DNA of 64,000 nucleotides. Source: Chrysomallon squamiferum. Lineage: Eukaryota > Animalia > Mollusca. Below, in pieces: positions 26,358-37,778 of the stretch. The number at the start of each line of letters is the position of its first letter. The stretch's first letter is position 1. Position numbers and translations under genes: made by a program. Location: NCBI GenBank assembly GCA_012295275.1, contig CM022671.1, positions 36,270,001 through 36,334,000 on the forward strand, written 5' to 3'. A model generated the notes under the pieces. It saw nothing but the letters and a program-made list of their open reading frames with translations. It made no database searches and had not been told where the DNA came from.

Positions 26358-27408
26358 GATGATGATGATGATGGCACATAGAGTAAATCTAGTGAATGAA
26401 ATATTGAGAATGAATGACTTTAATGACTTCTTCTTCTGAATCTGAAGCAGCTTAAAGCAGCTTTTTGTTTGTACAGGGCTTACATAGGTCGTTGATATTT
26501 GTTTTTAATTTTCAACTGTCTTTTGTTTTCAATGTTCAGTAACAGACGTAGACGTTCTTCTGTTTAAAATGTGAGTTCAGATTGACCTGCCGTTTGCCTC
26601 AACAACTTTATTTTCCGTCGTCCATTTTTAATATTTTTTTAAAATGAACATAAAACATCGCGCTAATTAAACTACATCTTTATATTTGTTCCATAATAAT
26701 TATATTGTGTACTGTACTACAGAGAGCACATGCGCATACACACACATACAGAGGTTTCTGAATATTAATTATAACATTATATCAAAATATACGCGGTTGC
26801 TCTTAATAAATACTTGGATCATTATATTGCCAGTATGTGAATTTGGCATATCAGTGTGCAGTATCTCAAGATTTGATATAAGTTGGGTTCGCATCTCGTT
26901 GTTGGCCCCTTAGTGAGTTAGTTAATCATCGAAACATAAAACCACTTTAATTTTTGTGTCTATGCAGTGCTATTGATTTTGCTATCCATGAGATACGTGA
27001 TAACAACAGCTCTAGACATGTAAAGCTCTCACATTCCATCCAAACCAAAATAAAACTTAAACTGTGTGAATGTAGCATTGTTAAGCAAATACTCAACACG
27101 TATTTGTTCAGATTTCTTCTCAAACATCATTTGAACCATCCAGACAGTATTTCAGTGCTGATCAAAAACTTTGGTAACTACAGAGCTGCCACTGCTAACT
27201 GATAAGATCATTTTCTCAAATCATTATTACTACACACGTTATAAAGATAAATAGAGAGTAACTGGTTAGTATATTAAGATATCATATTATTCTACGAAGG
27301 TGACAAGTCCGAATTGCTCCGACACAGATACACGCATACATACATACATACATACATACATACATACATACATACATACATACATACATACATACATACA
27401 TACATACA

Positions 27409-27439
<31 letters not shown>

Positions 27440-29219
27440 TCTGATTCAGCCAAAATACAAAATATTTTGTCTTTTGTTCTTTCAGCTATTTTCATGGCCA
27501 TTGGTTGTATCGTCTATCCAAACGGCTGGGACGACCCACAAGTTGTATCCATCTGCAACAGCAACACCTACAGCATTGGATCATGCGAAGTACGCTGGGC
27601 GTACATCCTCGCTATCGTTCTTATTTTTGATGCCGCCATTTTGGCTATCCTTGCGTTTATCCTGGCATCCAAACAGGCCAAACTGCTGCCGGAAGTGTAC
27701 GGGAAGAAAGAGAAATGTAAGATTGCTATAACAGATTTAAAAATATATATATTTTGGCATGAGCTAATTTCATATGCAAATAATAAAATAATGTTACTTT
27801 AACCGAGTGACTGAAATGATGCTGTTGATTTTAGTTTTCAGATACGTTCATATTCAGTTTTTATGATACAAGGTCCATGTATTACATCTGTCGTTTGTGA
27901 CAGTGTTCACTGTTTATTAAATTATTAAATTGTATATCTACTACTGATAACAGATGTAATTTATACAAATATTATAAGCAAACGATAAGCACTTACTTAA
28001 ATCAAATATGGTTTAATCTTTTCAGCTGAAAAAATTACCAAGAATTAAAGAGTATCTGTGGTGGTACAAAATTTAATAAATATCTAGTCAAATTCTTTAT
28101 ATATCCAAGTTGTTATTTCACTCTTTTGGACGACGAATTTTTGTTTTAACTAAATAATACAATATAATAATACTGTCAAAAAACATTTGAACGCCGCCAT
28201 TTCACTTGTTTACGTCTGCTGTTCTGACGTCATTACGTACATGCTGTATTCGTCTGATCTACACGAAAATTCAGAGCAGACAGATCCAACCAGTATGTGA
28301 TGGCGTATCGACTGAATTTTTTAAAACTAATATTTAATTATTATACTTCTTTATTAAGACTGGATGGCAAAAACAAATAAAACCCATTTCGAAACAAAGC
28401 AAGACTATTTAAACTGTTTCTCCATGTCTCCACAGATACACTAAAAAAAAAAAAAAAAACACACACACACAAACAAAAAAAAATAATAATAATAATAAAG
28501 TATTTCTATCTTGACAAAATTTTAATTATATATAAATACCTGCAGATTCATTTTCGATCTTTCTAGACAAAATTCAGTTATATTTATATATTATAAGCTA
28601 ACATTATTTACTGATTAGGTTTCAATTAATATATGACAACTTATATTTGAAGAACTATATTTTATTATTATCATTTAATTAAAAATACAGTGTTGGGGGC
28701 CTTTAAAAACAGCGATAGCTTCATTATGTTGTATTTTATATCATTTAATTCTGAATGAATGAATGAAAAAAAAATTAACGTGCTAATCAGAGCTAGCTGT
28801 TGTGAAGCATGTGTTTAATTCATTATTTACTGGTTTATATTTCAGCTTAACCGATGAAGAAAAGGTATTTTGTTGTACAATAGCGAACTAATCGTTTTTA
28901 ATTATTTTTTTAACATCGTGTTGTTAGTCAGATTGCATAACTTTACAATAAAGCGTGTCATATTAATAAGTACACGAATAATTTATTTATTTATTTATTT
29001 ATTTATTGCCCCTAGATACTGTGGTTTCCTTCTTTGGACTCGTATGTGTATACAAAAATATTTTATTAAGATAACTGCTTGCTGTACCATTGCCAATACA
29101 TTATTTATTTTTTTAAAGAATAATAATAAAGAATTAAAAAACAAAGAAGAAAAAAGATGACTGCATGCTCTTTATCAAGTCTCGTATTTCGTAATTCAGT
29201 ATATTAAATAATAATAATG

Positions 29220-29258
<39 letters not shown>

Positions 29259-30444
29259 GAAGCTAACATAGTTTAAGTTTCGCAATCTGACCTATAACGT
29301 TTGATTATCCTCCAGTCCTAAGAACATAAAACGAAATATTTGATTGGTCAGATTAAGGTAGATATCTAACCACTAAAATATGTTTCGTACGCAGGACCAG
29401 AGGATAATGTTCTCTGTATAACAATTGTTATGTTTTCTAATTTGTTAGCTTTGTTAATCACCAGTTAGTATTTGTTGTTTCTTTTAAAATAAGTGTTTTT
29501 ATTCATGTTTTTAACATTTTACCCTTATTAGCATGAATTAATTTTCTAATTGACCTATTTATAGTATCTACGTGTAATATGGTTATGCTTGATTATTATA
29601 ACATTCTAGCAAATAACATTTCCTGTAGATAATATGTATCTTTTTTTTAAATAGCTTTTGTTTTACCTAGATGTTGTGCGAGTCTGCTTGCGTGAATGTG
29701 TATACGTATTATTTAACTGGATGTCATTGTAAACGTAACTAGCTTATATTACATTAAACTGTTTAAATATATATTATTGCAAATTACATAATATTCAGGC
29801 AAATTAATTTCTGAACATTTTCGTATTTTAAATAAATTACATCACTGGTTTTGTTTCAAAAGCTTGAAATTCGAATGTGATACCGATGTTTGAGTAGTTT
29901 TATCTAGAAATTTCCATTTATTTCTTTATCATTGTTTTTCTCTTCTTTAAAAAAAATAAAATAAAATAAAAATAAAATAAAATAAATATGTGCTCCAGTC
30001 GAGAGTTGTATGTGTCACTTTGATAGAACATTGAAACGTGAATTGGTTACGGTTGTCAAGTCTATTTTAATGCGGATTAGAAAACTACGTTTGTCACGTT
30101 ACGTGGATTTTCGTGACGTAACTTCACAAGTGTAGTATTAGTGATAAAACAGGAAAGTAAATACGCATTACTTTAAAAAAAAAAAAATATATATATATAA
30201 TAAATTAACGGGTTTAAAACATATTTTGAATTTCTAAAATTCTTAGTAATCAAGACGAAACAATCTTACACTTGCAGATAATACGTACATATGTAGTCAG
30301 TGTTTTCCTGCTATTGTCTTAGTCCTGTTTATTATTATTCTTATTTTTGTTTTCGATTTTATTTTTCTTGGTGTTGTTGTTGTTCTTATTGTTATTATTA
30401 TTGTTATCTGTTAAGTGCTCCCTTGTTCTTGAAAAGAAGTAAAC

Positions 30445-30487
<43 letters not shown>

Positions 30488-31500
30488 TTTACATTCTTAA
30501 ATCAGTTATAATTATGTTTATTGGTGTTTAATTTGATGATGTAATTTTTTTTTAACGTTTTGCAAGAACGGATATATTGAGTTTGTTTTGGACGTGTCTG
30601 AAACAATAGATTTTTAAAATTAGTTCTGTTACAAAATGTAATACAATTATTTTCGACTCCACGTTTGGATGATGAAGTGTTGCTGAATAGAATCAGTCCT
30701 CGTCGACATGCTGGTCTGTTTTTCTCTTCCATCTACTGTTTTACGATCGAAGGTATCAAAGACCATAAATATTTTGTTTCAATGAAGGTGAAGAGATGTT
30801 TTAATAACTCATTCTTCCTTCGGACCAGTCAATTATGTGCGACTTTATAATTAGTTTTACGAAATTATGTCAACCAAATAAATAAATAAATAAATAAAAC
30901 GAAAACATCTCATGTTTTTAAGCTAAGATCTAGGTCACGAACTCGTCTCCTCTGCCGCTGCTTGCATTATTGACATAAATATGTCAAGATGTTTTCACGA
31001 AGATGTCTCAGTAAGTAACTGGTAGGTTAGACAGGACATCCTACCTCTCAGCCATTTCCAGCAGACATCCTCTTCATAGCTATGCGAAATCTCGCGTGTT
31101 TGCGCGAGAATCACAACACAGGAGTGGTTTGCTATGTCAACACTTGAAAGGTCAGATAGACAAAACATCATTTATGCTACCACTTGCACCCAAACTTGAA
31201 CTGGGTACATATTTTGTATATGTTTCAGCCAGAATTTATTTATTTAGAACATTGGAAATACGTCTTGGTGTGTGTTAGGATACATGAATAACGAAGTCTC
31301 TGAGTGTTTTTTTTTTTTTTTTCAAATGTTTAATTTTTAATTTTTGTTTCTGTTTTGCAGCTGAACTGAACGGGTTTGCGAGCGACACGATGTCTAAAAG
31401 ATCTGGCTATCCACTGTCTGACGACCGTTACTCGGAATATTCACACAGATCTGAAAAATCCAAGCGATCAACACACTCACACTCAAGCAGACTCGCCTGA
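25539..31500 (+). CDS. LHFPL/TMHS tetraspan membrane protein, paralog B (LHFPL3/4/5-like, 265 aa)
   Basis: Exons 25539-25965, 27486-27716 and 31361-31500. Canonical motifs [49 protein letters not shown] and YPNGWDD..CEVRWAYILAI. Exon 3 (ELNGFASDTMSKRS..DDRYSEYS) is homologous to paralog A exon 3 (ELNGYSAETLSKRS..DERYSEYS). Confidence 0.94.
26264..26372. repeat. (AG)n + (ATG)n microsatellite
   Basis: Seen directly in LHFPL-B intron 1. Confidence 0.95.
27335..27437. repeat. (CATA)n tetranucleotide microsatellite
   Basis: Seen directly, ~50 bp upstream of LHFPL-B exon 2. Confidence 0.95.
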
Positions 31501-31805
31501 ATATACAAATGTTTTTTTAATAGATTACTCACACTCAAGTAGACTCGCCCGAATGCTTCACACAGACATTTATCTAATAGATTACTCACACTCAAGCAGA
31601 CTCACCAGAACACGTCACACACAAACATTTAATAGATTACTCACATTCAAGAAGACTCAGTACTTCACACACAAACATTTAATACTCACACTCATGTAGA
31701 CTCGCCTGAACACTCAAACAAGTATAGATTACTCACACATTATTTGAAGACTTAAGAATAAATGTATATAAACTCACTCTCGAGTAGGCTCCCTTGAACA
31801 CACCG
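31474..31805 (+). repeat. Degenerate ~45-58 bp tandem repeat (6-7 copies) overlapping the LHFPL-B stop codon and 3'UTR
   Basis: The unit (aatagatt)actcacactcaagYagactcgcctgaa recurs near 31474, 31518, 31576, 31631, 31681, 31724 and 31772. Confidence 0.8.
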
Positions 31806-33760
31806 CACATATTTTTGTTTATTTATTTATTTATTTTTAAAAAGAAAAAGAAGAGAAAAACAATGATAAAGAAGTAACACACACAAAAAAGCTGCTCGCA
31901 GTTAATATGATTTAAAATGATGTATAAATAAAAAGTTTACTGCTGTACATGTAACATTTGTATATTATTTTTGTAATGTGTATATATATATATACATTTT
32001 GCTTTGAATATGTTTTTAACGATTTTTTTCTATTTTTTTCCCTTTTATTTATTGATTGATTTATTTTATATTCATTCTAATTTACTTTATCTTTCTATCA
32101 CACGAGATCTTGTTCATACTAAATATATCCCATATGTTTTGATGCCTTCAACCAAATTACTTTTTTTTTTTAATGCTGTTACTTGTAATTAACACTGAAA
32201 CTTTGATAAACCGTAAGTACATTTATTTAATTTTCATTCTTCGCGCGTGTAACATGACTTCAGGAACGTGCACGGCTTCGTTACAATAGCCACACCTTTT
32301 ATTTACCTGTTAGTCACAGGTTAAGTCGTATATACAGGTGAGAAAAAAGCAGAAACTAAATTCATGTACTAAGCTTTTTCTTTTTTCTTTTTCTTTAACT
32401 GTTGAAAACGGTTTTATTATTATTATTATTTTTTTTTTTTTTTGGTTCAACTGTAACTTATAAAGAACCACCAATATAGTAACATATCAAATAAATATTT
32501 GTAAATAAATTTATTTTGTTTTGTAGTTTTTATATTGTTTGTATATATATAGTAGGCTTTAAAAACTTCTTACACAGGTTATGCAATGTCTGCAACAGAA
32601 CTTTATTACAGTTTAACATTATTGTAATAAATATTTTATTAAAAGCTGATTTGTGTAACAGAACTATTTCTATTCTTCACATTCTATCGGCGAGCGTGAA
32701 ATAGTTAAAATTAAGGTTAAAGATACAGAAGTAAATTTAATTTTTATTTTATAGAAATGTATGATTATAAAAAGATACCTTTTACAAATAAAAGAATGAA
32801 AAAAAATCTGTTTAACGTGGTTATTTGTTCTTTCCTTCTCATGTTTTGAAATTTCTTGAATGTAAAAAAAGAGGAAAATATCTCTGTTCTGTGATTGTAT
32901 GCTAAAAAGTAAAATAGGTCGCGGACTCTGCGCAGTTTTCCTCATGTTTGACTGTGACGCACGGTTTATAATTGAAAGTAAACATGGCGGCCAGGTAAAG
33001 ACACGTTTAGCAGCTTGTTCAGTGAAACATCTGTAAGCCGCTCATAGCTGCGATCCAGTCTGCCTTGTACAAACAGAAAACAGTTGTTTGATCTCGAAAC
33101 AATGCAACTCGCAGCGTCAATATTTTGTACAGTAACGACATTTTCACAACCGTAAAATAATAATAGTAATAATAACACGTAATAATTATAATAATAACAA
33201 AAGGCAGTAAATAAAAATAAAGAGGGGGAAAAAATTTTCCAGGAAACGTGTCGTTTTTATGACGTGGCTGCCTCTGTCACGATTTCAGAAAGAACAATGG
33301 CGGATTGTTCGGTGCAGTGTGAGTTTGAAAAGAAGTGAATGACTGAATGTTTGTTTCAAGGATTCACTAATCATTGCAACATTGTTCGATGTTTTTACTG
33401 CTGTGGGCTGTAGTCAGTACATCTCAGCCATAAAGCCTATACCAAAACCAAAGCAATATCGATACAAGTGAAAAAAGAATCAGATGTGTAGGGACCTATG
33501 TAGACTTTAGGGGGCCCTGGGAACTACAGTTTCGTTTTGGGTTTTTTTTTTTTTTTTTTGTTCGTTTGTTTGCTTTTTTGTTGATTACCCCCCCCCCGCA
33601 ATTTTTGCTGATAGTAAGAATAAACTTTGACTATAATGTTCAGTTTGTAATAGAGGCCATAGTGATATAAATTACTGGAGATAACGTATAAAGCATTATG
33701 ATGTCTTTAGTTCTTTAAATTATGTACTATGCTGCCGTTATTTTATTTTATTTAACTATT

Positions 33761-33806
<46 letters not shown>

Positions 33807-34492
33807 TGTTATTGTTGTTGCTGTATTTTGGAACTGCTATGTAAGATGTTGGCTATATATATCTGTAAGTATAAAGAATGTCTGAGTTTAGTCTGGGGCT
33901 ATTTCCACCTTTGCTGCATTAGCAAGTACGGCCTGGAAAGGTTAGATTTATAAAATTTTGCTATGCCTTTACGTGATTTTCAAATGACAACAAAGAGCGA
34001 AACAATAAAATCTATCATTATTCTAGCCTCTTGCTTCTAATTTTAGTAATTTATTGTGTAATTTATCTCTACATTGAATAAATCCAAGAAATTCCATTGT
34101 CTTAATAAAGTTTATGCAACCGAAATCTGGGAACAATCAGAGATGACATCATGATTCACTCATGTTTGTGACTAATACATGTTTCTTAAAAAATCTAAAA
34201 ATTTTAAATGAAACATAATCTCTATTTTCATCTCATTTCAATTAACTAATGAAAATTAACGAGGTCAGTAATGAAAAATAATGAAATATGCAAAATTAAA
34301 ACAGTAACGAAAACATTAAACATGAAGCTATACGGATAATTGTATCATTTGATGAACTCTGAATGTGATTTTTATTGTAGTAAACTGGCGATATTAAACA
34401 AGAAGTGTTGATTAAAAAATTAGAAGCCTTTTACTTTATTTTAACTTTGTTTCGATGTGCCAAAATGAATCTGATATTTTGCCGAATTCCTG

Positions 34493-34579
34493 ATTTAAAG
34501 CAAACTCTGCCAAAGTCAAATAGCACAAATACAATTTAAAGCAAACTCTGCCAAAGTCAAATAGCACAAATACAATTTA
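34493..34579. repeat. Perfect 41-bp tandem duplication
   Basis: atttaaagcaaactctgccaaagtcaaatagcacaaataca occurs at 34493-34533 and 34534-34574. Confidence 0.9.
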
Positions 34580-35445
34580 GAACTATCGAATGGATTTTAA
34601 CACATGACCAGGAATGGATCTAAGCTCCAGGGGCCCTTGAAACAACTTTAGTCCACATTACTTAAACATTTTGATCCAAATTTGGTATGTCATGGTCAAT
34701 TATATAATATTTATAGGTGCTGCTTGTGATGGGTCCCGAATAGTTCAAGTTTCTGGGCCCCAAAAATGTAGGTCTGCTACTGCATGTAATTATATAAATG
34801 ATTATTAAATAAATTAATAATCTTCAGAGAATATCCATATTTTTTTTAAATTTTTATTTTTATTCTTTTTTTTTTTACAGTAATGTTTAGATAAAATATT
34901 AGTCTGTATAGTGAATATTTTGATTATTAATATTGATTTAAATGAAAGAAAAATGACCAATGTGATAGAATTCTTTATTGCAAAAAAATGTAATGGACAA
35001 TAATAAATATGACAAAATGTTTAAGCAACACATAGATAAAAATCTTGTAGTATACAGTGCATAAACATCTACCAAAATAACAGTACGCACCATCAATATG
35101 TCTGAAAAATTCATCACTAAAAATAAATAGCAAACTCTGAAAACAAAGTTTGTATAATTACATAGATTAACTATTATTTACTTCTTTTTAAAAATTTTAT
35201 TTATTAATATTATTGTTATATATTTTATTTTATTATTTTTATTTTATACTGTCACTTAAATTTTTGGAATTTTTTAATAAATTTTATTTTTAAAAATTTG
35301 GACTAGAAAAAATGGCCTTGGGAGGGTGTGATAAAATTCCATCAGCAAAAATCACCCATCCTAACCCACCTGGACTATTACAACAGTCTGGATCATCCAG
35401 TAGATCAGCTTTTGTTAATGATGACATCATGTTTAGATCCTTTGT

Positions 35446-35486
<41 letters not shown>

Positions 35487-36956
35487 TAATAATAATATAA
35501 CAAAAGTATAATATGCTATGGTAACTTAAAGAGATATAAAAATTATTATGTGCAAAAAGTGATTCAAAAATTAAATAATCTCTAAATTTTAAATATAGAT
35601 ATTTCTATACAAATTCTAATTTATTTATAAACATTTCTGAAACAAAATGTGTGTCTTTCTTCTGAATTGCTCTTTAATATATTAAAAAAAAAAAAAAATA
35701 ATAATAGTTAATTTTATTAATTATTTATTGTTTTTTATCTTCATATTCTTTAAGCCTGTTTAACAATGACACAAACTATGTATGGTGTTACAGGTCATTT
35801 CATTTCTTCAGACTGAAAGCATCAACTCTAAAATTTGTAACGTTCAGATAGTAAAAATACACCCAACAAAATGACAACACATGACTGAAAAAATCACAAA
35901 ACATCACAAAATTACAAAATGAAAAGACAAAAGGAAAGAATGACAATATACATTTTTAAAAAGAAAACTTAAAAAAAAAAAAAATTCCATGGACAAAAAT
36001 ATATCACAGTTTTAGATGCTTGTATGTACATAATTTAATAAAATATGTTTGATTAGAAGTATGAGACAAAAACATTGTAATATCAATACTTTTTCACCAT
36101 GTGTGTCCTTATAATCAGTAAACAGGAATGATTCTGGGGTTCTTATGATGTCTGTACCAGATTTTATTGATTTCAAAGTGCCTACCCACTAAAAATACTG
36201 ATAATAAAAATCTAGTCTACATATGGCAAGTTTTTTTTTTTTAGTAATGTTTTAAGTTTCTGGTTCAGAAGTGTATCTACAATGATTTTCCAGCATCATT
36301 TTGTCAACAAATACATTTCATCACATTTAATCTTCAATGTTTACCCTGAAGTGACAACACAATAGAAACAGTCTGTCCTGTATTTGTTACACTTAAATTA
36401 CATTCACCCCTCTAACTTACCATCATTCAGACCACCTCAAGATGATAATCTCTCTTTTATTATATTAATATTATAAATTTAACAGATCAGTTGTCTACAT
36501 CTTTTAATAGATGTTAACTATAGAGTTACAATAAAAAAAATATAGTTAAAATTTTTTTAAACAAAAATAATACAGATTTCACAATGCTGAAAAGAACAAT
36601 TATACCAAATTATCTAAAAGACAAAACATTATCTATGAATAAAAACATTACTAGCACATGTGACAAATAGTGAAATAACTGTTTTGACTGTCCAGCTTCT
36701 AACCCTGAGCAATTAATTTTCTTTTCTGAGTCTATAGTTCTTTGATGTTTTAATGTTTTAACGAAAATTTTAAAAGTTCACAGTTGGACGGAAACAGGAC
36801 AATAAGACACATGGTGGACATCTGAAAACAAAAATACTGGTTTTAAAATAAAAATTAATAATGAAAAGTATACATAAAAATATATGTATATATATATATA
36901 TATATATAAAATTTTAATTTTAATTTTTTTTGTTGAAAAAATTATTTTCTAAATAC

Positions 36957-37717
36957 CTAGCATTTAAATGGTGGTCGTTCAATGAGAGAGCCAGACTGGG
37001 TAGAGTAGTCTGATCTTGCTGTTTTCTGTGTAGCAGCACTGCATGATCGACTGGCACTCTGTCGAGACAAACGACCTGGATACAAAACATAACATGCGGT
37101 CAGCTTATTTGTGAAATATTTCACTGAAAGATGACTTCCAGTACTAAAACAGAATATTAATATTTCAATACTAAAAGAGGTTATTAATATTTCAATACTG
37201 AAAGAGGTTATTAATATTTCAATACAAAAAGAGATATATTAATACTGTCACTTAGAATAGTAAAATAAAATATTAACACACCCACTCCTAATATTAAAAC
37301 AGAATATTAATACAATCACTTCTAATATTGAAACAGAATATTATTAGAATCATTTTTAATATTAGAACAGAATATTAATATAATCACTTCTAATGCTAAA
37401 AAGAAATATTAATGCACTCACTTCCAATACGATTATCTTTGAGTGCATTGTCCAGATACATTCCTAATGAGTCCAAGTCTGTCTGAGAAAAATGTTTCTG
37501 ATTTGCAGGTTCAATGGGTTTTGTTTTTTCTCTTTTCTCTGTCACTGATATTGGTGGAGTTCCTGTGATTAAATTGCTAGGAAATGTCCTGTGTGCCACT
37601 TTCAGGCCTGAAATAAACACAGTGTCATGAGAAGTTTTATTTCTAACAGAAGTTTAACACACACTGCACTTGTTAAACTGTTTTCAGCTGTGTACATATT
37701 CTGAACAAAGCATCAGC

Positions 37718-37778
<61 letters not shown>

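Noticed and set aside
31376-31699. 107-aa ORF with repeated IDYSHSSRL
   Set aside because: Starts at TTG in a different frame from LHFPL-B exon 3 and is a product of the 3'UTR repeat.
31474-31805. CRISPR-like repeat-spacer array
   Set aside because: Eukaryotic context, repeats are degenerate, the intervening sequences are related to each other, and there are no cas genes; it is a minisatellite.
35312-35500. 62-aa ORF MALGGCDK...
   Set aside because: No homology or splice support; it runs into an (AAT)n repeat.
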